A stretch of DNA of 63,454 bases, counting the filler, from Octopus bimaculoides (taxonomy: Eukaryota): the NCBI RefSeq assembly GCF_001194135.2. It is 5 parts of 4 records of this genome, joined end to end, with 100 filler letters (N's around TTAATTAATTAA, not from the genome) between each part and the next. Parts side by side here need not be neighbours in the genome. Positions count along the whole stretch, not along the records: positions 1 to 28,604 come from NC_068983.1; 4 more parts are not named here. One strand, written 5' to 3'. Positions 1 through 12,239 of this stretch are shown in pieces (within the stretch, counting starts at the first letter, position 1; each line of letters starts with the position of its first letter). The position numbers and the translations under genes were made by a program. The notes beneath the pieces are model-generated. The model did not search any database. It had not been told where the DNA came from and saw nothing but the letters and a program-made list of their open reading frames with translations.

Positions 1-54
<54 letters not shown>

Positions 55-102
55 AACTATTTTAGTCAGAGTTTGAGACGTATATGTGTCTATAGTAGAA
101 AC

Positions 103-145
<43 letters not shown>

Positions 146-146
146 G

Positions 147-640
147 TTATTTGATGAAAATTCTCAGCTTATTTTGCTGTATATGATGGAAAGTGTCAGC
201 TGTCCACAGCCTTAGATGACACTTGTTTACTGGTAATGCTTCAAGAAACCTGCGAAGAATTCTTCCAGTAGTTCCAAGCAATGCTAATTTTTGTAGGTGT
301 TCTATCTTTATATTTGTACCAATCTTTTTGAGCCATGCTGGTAGTTGAGTGCTGATACCTCCAAGTGCACCAATTACTATTGGTACCATGTCTACTATCT
401 TCATTGAGCACAACCTTCGCATTTCCCAATTCAAATCGTCATAGTTGTTCAGTTTTTCTTCTTTCTCTTTGATGTTCTTGTCACTGGGACATGCCATGTC
501 GATTATGATGCAAGTGCTTTCTTTTTTATTCACCACAACAATGTCTGATTTCCGATGTCTTGTCCGAGGATCGTAATGAATCATTGCATCACGCAGGATT
601 TTGCAATCTTCATTATAGTACGTCAATGGTGTATTCATTG
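147..640 (-). mobile_element. 3' fragment of a restriction-like-endonuclease (RLE) non-LTR retrotransposon (R4/Dong- or HERO-like), followed by a (TAA)n tail at 1-146
   Basis: Translation RKSDIVVVNKKESTCIIIDMACPSDKNIKEKEEKLNNYDDL..VPIVIGALG..QKLALLGT matches the PD-(D/E)xK RLE C-terminus; a long (TAA)n run follows on the same strand. Confidence 0.8.
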
Positions 641-662
641 AGATAGATGTACCAGAAGAAGC

Positions 663-825
663 GGTATGACTGGAAATTTTAGAAAAGGTTTGCTTCTAAC
701 CACATGCTTCCGGGTTCAGTTTCATTGCGTGGCAACTTAGACAAGTGTCTTCCACTATAGCCCCGGGTGGAACAAAGACCTGTGAGTGGATTTGACCGAC
801 GGAAACTGAAAATAGTCTGTCGAGC

Positions 826-879
<54 letters not shown>

Positions 880-1092
880 GCGTGTTCCTGTTTGTGTTTG
901 TTCTCCCTCGCCGCAAAACAATCGGTGTTGGTTTGTTTACGTCTCTGTAACTTAGCTGCTTGCCAGAAAAAGGCCGATAAAATATGGATTAGAAAAAATA
1001 ATGCTTGACTGTCTGGTTCCACTGAGCCCTTCAAAGCAACATCCCAGCATGGCTGTTGTCTAATCACTGAAACAACTAAAAGATGAAAGATT
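663..1092 (+). mobile_element. tRNA-type SINE family A, diverged copy
   Basis: A/B-box-like head (GGGTTCAGT), internal (GT)n and tail CAGCATGGC..TGAAACAA shared with many copies in the window. Confidence 0.8.
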
Positions 1093-1650
1093 CAAATTCA
1101 ATATTGAATAAAGATCTGATACAGATACAGGTGATACATTTTTCGGTATAAACTTAAGAATAAGGGGGAAATCGAACACTAATATACACAGATAGTGTCA
1201 ACAAATACACGAAATTTGTGAGTATCCCCCACCCTCTGACTCAATTATACGATATACATAGTTAAATTTCTACTTGCACTCAACAAAAGACGCTTTAAAA
1301 AATAAATAAAAATTAAACGAACCCTGGTCAATGACAGAAACTAGTATACGTCGGTAAGATAACTGTAGAAAAACATTAAACAATTCCTCTCTGTACAGTA
1401 TACAAAGACAAACTATACATATAGTTTACTACATGGACTAAATACATTCTAACTACAAAATGGAATGGATTACATCAAAAATCTACACTCACAATATGAA
1501 CACTTATCATACGTAAACAGAGCAGTAAGAACATATTATATTAACACCAGAAATACAAACCTCATTATACGAAACGACATACATGTAAGTCGGAGATCGT
1601 ACTCTCGCATAATCCGTGCAATATAAACTTTTCAATGTAAGCACCGAAGT

Positions 1651-1860
1651 TGTAATCGTCATGACTCAAACTGTTATATTGGGCATTTTATAACCAGCTG
1701 ACCATATTACAATGTAGAACACGAAACAAAACAAGATAGAAATACAACGGTTCATAAAATAGCCTATAGAGAATTCCACACAAAAACTAGAAGGCTATCA
1801 ATAGAAGTTTTATTAATCACCAAACACAAACCAGAATTTAACATGAAGATACAGTACGGT
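1651..1860 (+). pseudogene. Degenerate Penelope-like GIY-YIG endonuclease remnant
   Basis: Manual translation CNRHDSNCYIGHF..RRLSIEVLLITKHKPEFN contains the YIG motif and the C-terminal E..I...KP..N motif, with one stop codon. Confidence 0.55.
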
Positions 1861-2618
1861 ATGCTGGTAATAAACCAAATATTGTTACTGATTCCTGAAT
1901 GTAACCTGCATTTAACAGTTACAATGTTAAATCCGACATTGGTGAGTTTATCAGTAACACCATCATTCCCATGATCTTAGCCACGTACAATAAAATGCGA
2001 TAATAAAAACAACCATTACATCGAGAGTTGATAGGCTGAGAATAACTAGATACGTTCGTGGATTTCAGAACATCATTGTTTCAAACTAGACGCAGGGGAT
2101 TAATATACAGAAAAAATTATCAAGAAAGAAGATTGAACTCAAAGACAACAACTGTTTTCAATATGCCTACGCCTATCTGCAGGCATGTATCTATCTATCT
2201 ATTTATCTATTTTCTATATATAGATACATACATACAAACAGACATAAACACGTACACGCACACACACACACACACATGTATATATTTATGTATATATATA
2301 TAGAGAGAGAGCAGTTAATAATGTGGTAGGCCGGTTTATGGGGTTAAACCTTGGTTTCTCACACATAAGAAGTTTAACCTTACGGCGTATCTTCAGACTC
2401 CAAACACTGAGACCACTTTAGATGAGCGAGAAACCCAAGGCAACCCCATAACCGGGCCTACCCCACAATGATACTAGAGATGAGGAATTCCGCACATTAT
2501 TTACATTGGACGGATGTGACCTCATCTCGTTTGTTGTTACCACAACTTTTCGGCTGATTTACTCTCCGGTCTTGGAATTTTGAACTCAACCCTGAGTTTT
2601 CATTCCTAAGGTATGTTG

Positions 2619-2716
<98 letters not shown>

Positions 2717-3029
2717 TATTCAAGTCGGAAACTTGGGGTCAGTAGCCCGCGCTCTTAACTACTACACTATATGCCCGTGGGCAATTATAGAGTGAATTTC
2801 AGGGTTTATAAACAATGTTTTTGTATCTTTCCTTAATACCGGTTCCCATATTCTACTCATATCTGCACTAGGTCTGCTTAGGAGGTTATTGTGTTCTAGC
2901 ATATGCGCTGCCTCTCTTAGTTTTTGTATTTTCCAGTGGTGTTCTCTGTCTATTATTTCAACTTCATCCCACAGAGGAAAGTGGTCTCCGTTTTTCCATA
3001 CATGTATTTGAGAAGGTGAGGACACGCCA

Positions 3030-4975
3030 GATTAAAACGTTTATGAGTCTCAAAAGTCAGAGAATGAAGACTGAATTCCGTCACCCACCAGTGAAAGCAG
3101 TAATTAACATAAGTAGCTGACATCTGGAAAACTGAAGAAGCAGTACTATACAAACGTCTCAACTGTGCGACAACCATCAAGCGCATTCCATACTTGGATA
3201 TAATAGCCCCTATTGAAGAAATAGCCGTAAAGATACCAAAAGCTCAGGGAGATGAACTAAGGTGGAAAGTAAGACAGGTACTAGGGAAAGAGAAACTTCT
3301 CAAACCAAACATCATTAAGGAAGAAAGATTTGCTATCGAAACAGTACAGAGTGACAATTCTATCATAATACTTCCAGTGGACAAGGACAATGCTACGGTG
3401 GTGATGAACAAGTCTAACTATTCTGAAAAACGGATAAGTCTCGTAAGTGATGGTAGCTACAGCAAAATAAAGAAAAACTCAACTCTGAAAACAGAGAGGA
3501 AGGTTTCACAGATCTCAATCAAGAACAAGGATCATTTTATACCAATGAAGTACAGACAACTGACCGAACACTACAGTAAGCTACCACACATGTATGGTCC
3601 TCCTGAGATTCACAAAGATAGTATTCTATTAAGACCCATAATGAGCGGTAGAGGTTCGGTATATCATCCATTGAGCCGCTTCCCTGTGGATATAATCAGT
3701 CCATTAGCAGGTAAGTCAACATCATATGTGAAGAATTCCACCCACTTCACAGAACTGATCAAGGATACCCCCATTGGATCCAACCAGATGGTAAGTTTAT
3801 ATGTGATAACTCTGTTCGCCAAAGTCCCAAGTGATGAAGCACCATCATGGATTCAAGAAAAACTAGTGACGGATATCTATCTGAAAGATCGCACTAGTAT
3901 ACCAATATGAAACTTAATGGAAATGTTAACCTTCTGGGTAGAAACTACCTACTTCAGAGTAGATACTGATATATATCGACAGGATGTGGGTTTAGCTATG
4001 GGTTCGCCATTATCATCAATAGTAACCAATATATACATGGAATACTTTGAGGAGTTGTCTTTAGGATCAACACCACTAACGCCAACCCTATGGCTTTGAT
4101 ACGTTGATGACACCATTATACTCTGGCCCCACCAGGAAGATGTCCAAGTACTGCTAAATCATGTGAACTCAATAAAGCCATCCATCCAGTTCACAATGGA
4201 AAAGGAAAAAAACCATCAGCTAGCATTCCTGGATGTATTAATTACACGCACGAAGAATGGGTTTAAGACATCCGTATACCGCAAGCCAACTTTCACTGGA
4301 CAATACATCGACTTCAGTTCCCACCATCCATACAGTGTAAAGAGAGGGATTGCTCGAGCAAAAAATAAAGTAGGGATCCTGATACACATCACGAAGAAAT
4401 GATCAAGCTAAGTAACAATCTATTAAGCAACTACCCAAAATATATACTATCCACTCCAATTAGGAAGAGGACAAAGGATGAAACCCATAAACGGAACACA
4501 GTGAAAAGCCTCTCAGAAAAGATAGAAAAGATATGTGGTCCATATGACATCAGAACAGTATTCAAGAGTAATACAACACTTCGCAAATATCTCCTTCGAG
4601 TAAAACTACCAATAGAAGAGAATATGACCAAAGACTGCGTGTACTCCATCCTATGCAGTTGTGGTGGGTTATACAAAGGCGAAATATGCCGCCCACTCAA
4701 AATTAGGGTAGAGGAACATCGTAAAGCTGTGACACGAGATGTTGAAAAATCGGGTATTGCTGATCATGTATGAAAAAACGGAGACCACCATTCCCTGTGG
4801 GATGAAGTTGAAATGATAGACAGAAAACACCACTGGAAAATACGAAAACTAAAAGAGGCAGCACATATTCTAGGACACAAAAACCTTCTAAGCAGACCTA
4901 GTGTAGATATGAGTAGAATATGGGAACCGGTATTAAGGAAGGATACAAAAATATTAGGTTTATAAAACCTAAAAC
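3030..4975 (+). pseudogene. Penelope RT + GIY-YIG ORF disrupted by stops and frameshifts
   Basis: Motifs ILPVDKDNATVVM, YGPPEIHK..LRPIMS, GLAMGSPLS, YVDD (near 4100), FLDVLITR, VYRKPTFTGQY, CVYSILCSCGGLYKGE..RVEEH. Confidence 0.9.
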
Positions 4976-5090
4976 TCACTCTATAATTGCCCACGGGCAT
5001 ATAGATTTGTGGTTAAGAGCGCGGACAACTAACCTCAAGTGCCTTGAATAAATAATAATAATAATAATAATGATAATAATAATAATAATG

Positions 5091-5181
<91 letters not shown>

Positions 5182-5201
5182 CAACAATAATAATAATAAT
5201 G

Positions 5202-5252
<51 letters not shown>

Positions 5253-5312
5253 GAAACATCGAAAAAATACCTTAGAAATGAGAATCCAGGGTTAGGTTCA
5301 AAATTCCACCAG

Positions 5313-5358
5313 GACACCTGATGAAGACTAGAGAGAAAATCAGCCGAAACGTTATGTT
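5313..5358 (+). ncRNA. Minimal type I hammerhead ribozyme (decayed) in the Penelope terminal repeat
   Basis: GACAC-CTGATGA-A-GACTA..CAGCC-GAAAC-GTT-ATGTT; palindromic AACGTT in place of stem III; mismatches in stems I and II. Confidence 0.7.
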
Positions 5359-5404
5359 AACAACAAACAAGATTAGTACACATATCCGTACATGTAAATA
5401 ATGT

Positions 5405-5445
<41 letters not shown>

Positions 5446-6864
5446 CACATATACATATATGCATAACACATATACATACACACCTACATACAAACATACA
5501 TATACAACATAATTACATATGTGTATATGTTTCTCTACCTAATGAATTTTTAGTGTCTATCTTAACCGTCCAAGTTCCCCATACTTACAGTTTGTGTGCC
5601 TGTCTGTCCATGTGCTGCATGTGTACGTATGTGTGTATTTGTGGGAGGGGCGTGTAGAGAGCCTCTTGCATGAGAAAAATATTACCTTCCTTGTTGTTGT
5701 AACTGTTCTATGCACAGCCATTCACCATTTGAGTTTTAAGGACTTATTGTAAATATGTTTTTATCCGCACCAAAGGCCCGTATATCTCTTCATTCATATT
5801 TACGTTTGAAAATAACAATGTCATGTTAAGTTGCCCCTCTATTCTCTCTCTTGTCTCCAGAGTGAAAATACTAATATCACTCTTGCATGTTAACACAGCT
5901 CTTTTCAATGCCCAATTGATGCATGTTGTCGCTCAATGTATTATGTCCTAATTTGCATTTGTATAAGAAGAGCTGTATTTGTGCAACTGCCACCATATTA
6001 TTGAGGAACACAAAATCAATGCTTACATGACAAATTCCCGTTCAAGAGGAAGTTAAATGAATATAAAAATCGGTCACGAGATACAAAACGATCATTCTTC
6101 TACTCCTTTCTTTAATATGTATAATGATAACTGTTAAATTGTTCATATCGAAAGACTACAATTCATATGGTACGGGCCAATAGATGTTTTCCTTTACAAG
6201 ACAAATAAGGTATAATGAGATAGAAATTTAGCTATTATTCCTAGCAGGTTCAGCATCCAAGTTATCTCGTTTGTGTTGTGTAAGGAAAATTATCTGCGTT
6301 AGTTTTTATTTCAGGACTGTGCTGAAGTTATTATATTTTATGTGTGTAAACTTTAGAAAGATAATTGTGAGCTTTTGGAACATAAATTTTCAAGTTTTTA
6401 CAACTGTCTTATAACTTTCCTCGGGGGGATAAATGCAGGAATAATGATGGGGACTTTAAATTTGATCTCAGTGTTATGTTTGATATATGCTCCAACTATT
6501 TCAATCATCATATATCTTTTTTCATGTGCTTACTCTTTCCTTGCTTAAGGAATCTGCCATATCCAGTACATTTTGTCTAAGTTTCTTGCAGCTCTCACCT
6601 TGATATTTAAGCTATTCAGTTGTTGTTTTCTAAACACGGAACAATCTTCCGTCATTTTTATTATCATAAATATACATTTAGATTCAATATATTTCACACC
6701 ATTGTTTGTGGAATATTAAATGGTTAAATCCAATTCATTGTTTATATGTTTAATACTCAACCCATACAGGTTTTCCTTAATGAAAATACGAGATATGTTT
6801 CTATATTTGGGTTTTCCTATTTTCGTATTAGGCGTAACAATATGCTTGACGAGAGTCGTTGTGA

Positions 6865-7078
6865 CCAGATCGGTCGTTGTGAGCGTTTATTGAATGAAAA
6901 CACATAAAGTTCCACGTGGCTCCGGCAAGGGGTGGTGGCGAACCCTGCTGTACTTTTTCACCACAACTTCTTCTCACTCTTTCTTCCTGTTTCTGTTGTA
7001 CCTGTATTTCAAAGGGCCAGCCTTGTCACACTCTGTGTCACGCTGAATTTCCCAGAGAACTACGTTAAGGGTACACGT
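6865..7078 (+). repeat. 214-bp internal SINE family B segment identical to 9108-9321
   Basis: Base-by-base comparison found no differences. Confidence 0.85.
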
Positions 7079-7724
7079 CTCCTAAATTTAAAGAGATTTG
7101 CCAAGATTGGAAGGCAAAGAATTATAAGCAGAAGGATTTTGTAAAATTATAATTTTTGTTTCATTATATTCTTTTCAACCATGTGAAGCTGGCAGAGCCG
7201 TTTAAAGTGTCCTATATTTCTTTCCTGTTTTCTGTTCTGTGGGGTAGTTCAAATGTCATCTTTGCTTTTTTACCCCTTTCTCCGTCAAAAAATATGATCC
7301 CAACTCAGTGTAGTTGTTTGGCGGTATTGTTGCAGATACCTTTACATATTAAGCTTCTTAGCGTCTAAATAGCAATGCTTGAATAAACATTAATGTTTTA
7401 TTACATCACTCCTTGCTTTCCTATGTAACAAATCATTGGGACAGAGAAGAGAGACTTGCAAACGTGGGTAACAACAGGTCTGCCATTACAATATTTTGCC
7501 CAAGTCTGAGCCTCAAATTAGAGCTTTCCTGGTCTAGATTTTGAGACACACGGTTGCCTATAAGGCACTGCATAGTGTATCATATATTTTTATGTTATGT
7601 GAATACATTTCATGATGCACTCTAGTGCACAGTGCGTCACCTAAAAGAACATTATATACAGACACACGCATTCACACTAATGCAATATTCTCATAAACAC
7701 ACACACACACACACACACACACAC

Positions 7725-7768
<44 letters not shown>

Positions 7769-7887
7769 ATACAGTCTGTTATAGTTTGTCATACCGGCCA
7801 TGATGAAATACCACAAGGTATAGAAAATACGTATTCGCCTTTATATATTTATATATTTAATCCTTTATATTGAACACTCAATATTTC

Positions 7888-7951
7888 ATATATTCAATAA
7901 GACATATTCCATATATTCAATAAGACATATTCCATATATTCAATAAGACAT
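7888..7951. repeat. 23-bp tandem repeat, about 2.7 copies
   Basis: Unit TATTCAATAAGACATATTCCATA. Confidence 0.85.
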
Positions 7952-8166
7952 TCAATACTTCATTTCATTGTACCAACCATCTTTTTTTATATTATATATT
8001 ATATATTCCATATTCTATATCCCACATAAATTTTACAAGAATATAAATAAAAAACATAAAAAACAGACAGAGTTGGAACTCTTTTAAATAAAATAATATA
8101 TATATACATATATGTGTGTGTGTATTTGCATAGAGAGAGAGAGAGATAATATATATATGTATGAGT

Positions 8167-8266
<100 letters not shown>

Positions 8267-9051
8267 AACTGGGATCCTGCACAGTAGATCGAGCTCAGAG
8301 TTATGACTTTGCAATACAAACAACAAACAATATATGTATTTGAGAGCATAAGTATGCTTTTACGTTGATATGCTTAAATTTATAAAATATATAAGAATAT
8401 AAATATATATGTATATTTTTACATATGCATGCAAGCATACAGACACACACATATATATATATGTCTATCTGTGTGAGTATTTGTGTATTTATGCGTGTAC
8501 GTGTGCATGTGTGTGTGCGTGTGTGTGGGAGCGTAGTTGTCTAAACTTTATCTTAGGATAACGTATAGGAAATGTACGCCATAACTTTGACAGCGAACGC
8601 TCACACATATCAACCCTGTGACACGTATGTCAATAGGGCTACTCATTTCACTTCCTCTCTGTCAACTTGTTAAAATACTTCAGACTTAATACAAGAATTC
8701 TTATTCTTCAACAGATTTACTTGAGCGGATATAATGCTCAGCACTCTAGTCGCCTCTTCTCGTTTGCTCACAAGACATTAATGCAAATGGCGGCCGATAT
8801 ATTTGTTCATGTAAAGTATTATTATCATTTAAGTTTGCATACTTCGGATTGTTCCTCTAATTTAGAGGAAATTGATGGGTTTGTCACTTAATATTAAAAA
8901 TTCAAGTATTAGTTGACCTCTTATTTGATTTCTTATTTCTTGCTTATTTATTTATTTATCTGTTCATTTATATTTCCGTGAAATTTTATTATTTTCATCG
9001 CTCAACTATGGATTCTTTTTAAGTATTTAATGTATTGTATTATGTATTTGT

Positions 9052-9430
9052 GGAGACGCAGTGATTAGGGCAGCGAACTCGCGGTCGTGGGATCGCGGTT
9101 TCGATTCCCAGATCGGTCGTTGTGAGCGTTTATTGAATGAAAACACATAAAGTTCCACGTGGCTCCGGCAAGGGGTGGTGGCGAACCCTGCTGTACTTTT
9201 TCACCACAACTTCTTCTCACTCTTTCTTCCTGTTTCTGTTGTACCTGTATTTCAAAGGGCCAGCCTTGTCACACTCTGTGTCACGCTGAATTTCCCAGAG
9301 AACTACGTTAAGGGTACACGTGTCTGTGGAGCGCTCAGTCACTTACACGTTAATTTCACGAGCAGGCTAGGCTGTCCTGTTGATTGGATCAACTGGAACC
9401 CTCGTCGTCCTAACCGACGGAGGGCCACGA
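9052..9430 (+). mobile_element. tRNA-type SINE family B, near full length
   Basis: Head with GGTTTCGATTCCC B-box and body CTTGTCACACTCTGTGTCACGCTGAAT..CTACGTTAAGGG shared with 29180-29505 and 35325-35615. Confidence 0.8.
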
Positions 9431-10582
9431 CGATTGTGTATTTATATTTTAAAATATCTCAAAATCAATCTTGATGTTGTACAATGTTGAGAGGCATAAA
9501 TATACTTCAGTTACTAAAAATTAACTTCAATAAGAAAACGTTACCAAATAGATTTGTTGCTAATATTTCTAAAAAAAACTTTCTCTTGTATTTTTACCCT
9601 TCCTTTTTTATACACTAATGATATTTGACAAGAAAATAATTGCCTAATAATCTAGTTTCGAATCTCAGTTGCATTTCATATCCTCCTACTAGCGCATATA
9701 TATGTAATATATATTTGCCCACACGCTTTTAGATTTTACGTTGAATTCACTTGAGTTATAAATGTGTGGATGAATTCTGTATGCCTTCAACAATAAAACA
9801 AATTCCTTCTGTGATTAGGTTCATTTGATATATTTTTAAATATATGTTGCTTTTTTTCCAGGTATTGAATTGGGAAGTCGCAAAGAGAATTCCGAATTTT
9901 TAAACGATCTGCATAGAATGCCTTTTTATAAATCAAGTGAGTACGACAATATAAAACATATATTTTGTTGTTGTTGTTCTTTTTTTTTTAAAGTGCAATT
10001 CTGAAATAACAATAAGAATGAAAAAGAACATGAATTTCGATGATAGCGTGGTTATTACAATGCATAATTTAAACACTGATATTTTTCATTTCGTAACGTA
10101 TTACAAGTTATTTCTTTGTAAATTCGTTTGGTCAAAATACGTAGCAGCTCTTTATTGCTGTCTGAGTATGCATGTATGAAAATGCGCTTCTCAGTCAAAC
10201 GTGGCTCTTGTATATTGAATAATTTTCTTTATTACTATAGTTTGTCTGCATTGTTAATCAACGTCAAAGAACATCCTCAGTTAATATTATACCTTTTGTC
10301 TTTTCGTATGTCCATTACATTTAGAAACGCATGGAATTTTGATCTTAGCTATATAAAAATAAAACATCCTCTTGAAAATCATCATCAAGCAAATATCACT
10401 ATTCCTGAGGCACGTAATTTTTCCACATTATTTTGATAACACGTTCAGCCGCAAATATTCCACAGAAAATTACGCAATTGTCTTTGCATTAATGGCGTTA
10501 ACTGATAATGTCATAATAAATTCTGATTTCCACATTACGCATTCTTACAGTTTCACAAATATATACTTTCATACGTACATAC

Positions 10583-10633
<51 letters not shown>

Positions 10634-11104
10634 NNNNNNNNNNNNNNNNNNNNNNNNNNNNNNNNNNNNNNNNNNNNNNNNNNNNNNNNNNNNNNNNNNN
10701 NNNNNNNNNNNNNNNNNNNNNNNNNNNNNNNNNNNNNNNNNNNNNNNNNNNNNNNNNNNNNNNNNNNNNNNNNNNNNNNNNNNNNNNNNNNNNNNNNNNN
10801 NNNNNNNNNNNNNNNNNNNNNNNNNNNNNNNNNNNNNNNNNNNNNNNNNNNNNNNNNNNNNNNNNNNNNNNNNNNNNNNNNNNNNNNNNNNNNNNNNNNN
10901 NNNNNNNNNNNNNNNNTATATGTATATATATGTATATACATATATACATATATATATATATACTCTCTCACTCTTCCACCTTGACTCTCTCGTTGCTCAC
11001 ACGAGACTAACAGCTATTCTCTTTCTTCCACTTCCTTCCTAAAGACAAGACATGCTTTTGTCTGTCTCTTTTCAAAGCTCGTTTTTCCAAGCGTTCACCA
11101 CTTC

Positions 11105-11470
11105 ACATCGTCTCGGCTTAACAGCCCTCACCGTTTCTTTTTACTGTTTTGTTCTCACTGTCCTGCTTTTGTTACCATTTTCACCCTTCAGAAAAAATCC
11201 TAAATTTTATTTAATTTGCTTTGCAGGAAGGACTGTTTTAATCAAGTCGCGTCTTGTCCTTACCTTCGAAACACGGAGTAGATAAAACAGGGGACAACTG
11301 ATGAATGGAATGTTTTTTTTATGGTGCACGTCTCGTTTCTCTGTTTGTTTCTTTCGTTGTTCGAAAAAAGTTCGTTTTCTGTATTTTTGTTTTCTATGTT
11401 CTCGTTTCTCATTCTGTCCACTTTTTTATGTCCTGTACCCATATATTCAAGTATATATACATATATATTT
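11105..11470 (+). mobile_element. Dispersed non-coding repeat (Penelope terminal-repeat-like or retrozyme-like), copy A
   Basis: Alignable by eye to the reverse complement of 18000-18380; ends in TGTCCTGTACCCATATAT next to a microsatellite. Confidence 0.7.
11247..11308 (+). ncRNA. Candidate non-circularly permuted hammerhead ribozyme, copy A
   Basis: TCGC-GTC-TTGTCC-tta-CCTTC-GAAAC-ACGG-linker-GGACAA-CTGATGA-ATGG; stems I and III pair across segments. Confidence 0.65.
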
Positions 11471-12239
11471 AGGTATNNNNNNNNNNNNNNNNNNNNNNNN
11501 NNNNNNNNNNNNNNNNNNNNNNNNNNNNNNNNNNNNNNNNNNNNNNNNNNNNNNNNNNNNNNNNNNNNNNNNNNNNNNNNNNNNNNNNNNNNNNNNNNNN
11601 NNNNNNNNNNNNNNNNNNNNNNNNNNNNNNNNNNNNNNNNNNNNNNNNNNNNNNNNNNNNNNNNNNNNNNNNNNNNNNNNNNNNNNNNNNNNNNNNNNNN
11701 NNNNNNNNNNNNNNNNNNNNNNNNNNNNNNNNNNNNNNNNNNNNNNNNNNNNNNNNNNNNNNNNNNNNNNNNNNNNNNNNNNNNNNNNNNNNNNNNNNNN
11801 NNNNNNNNNNNNNNNNNNNNNNNNNNNNNNNNNNNNNNNNNNNNNNNNNNNNNNNNNNNNNNNNNNNNNNNNTATATATATATATATGCATAATATACGT
11901 ATATATTCGATCAACTATGGGAAGAATAATAAATTAGATTGTTTGAAAAAGAACACGAACAAGTAAACTTCACATTCCTATATGATACGTTATAAATTTC
12001 TAAGACGTAATACGCTACTGCGAAGTAACACGTTTGATGCTGCAAATTCCTTCGATCTTTAGATCACTACTAACATGACTAGGCAAACGATATATTTCCA
12101 AAGAGCATTAGAATTATTACGTAATGCTAGTAATATTATCAAATGCATCTTTGAAAGAGTAGGGGACATATTTCTGTTTTGCTTTTTTTTCTTTTCTTTT
12201 TTTTTCCATTGGTTTGCGTGAGTTGAGTACTTCCTAGAT

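Larger units (their letters stand above)
2473..5407 (+). mobile_element. Penelope-like element (Penelope/Poseidon type) with an inverted copy of its 3' end at the 5' side
   Basis: 2473-3006 is the reverse complement of about 4767-5407, including the internal (TAA)n tract; the RT and GIY-YIG ORF lies between the arms. Confidence 0.9.

Noticed and set aside
2368-2402. Minus-strand CTGAAGA-TAC-GCC-GTAA-GGT-TAAAC as another hammerhead
   Set aside because: GAAA is mutated and no convincing stem I or cleavage triplet is visible; at best a decayed remnant.
4976-5321. Poly-Ile/poly-Leu and other HT, YI, CV, poly-X ORFs throughout the ORF track
   Set aside because: They are translations of (TAA)n, (CA)n, (TA)n microsatellites or N gaps, with no coding signal.
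5660-6850. AT-rich stretch that may be a decayed coding element
   Set aside because: No reading frame gave a motif I could assign; a translated search against transposon proteins would be needed.
7888-7951. Short tandem repeats (23, 33, 39, 47 bp) as CRISPR-like arrays
   Set aside because: The units abut with no unique spacers, the context is eukaryotic and no cas genes are present.
9052-9115. SINE heads as genuine tRNA genes
   Set aside because: A/B boxes are present, but there is no complete cloverleaf and each head continues into a repeat body.
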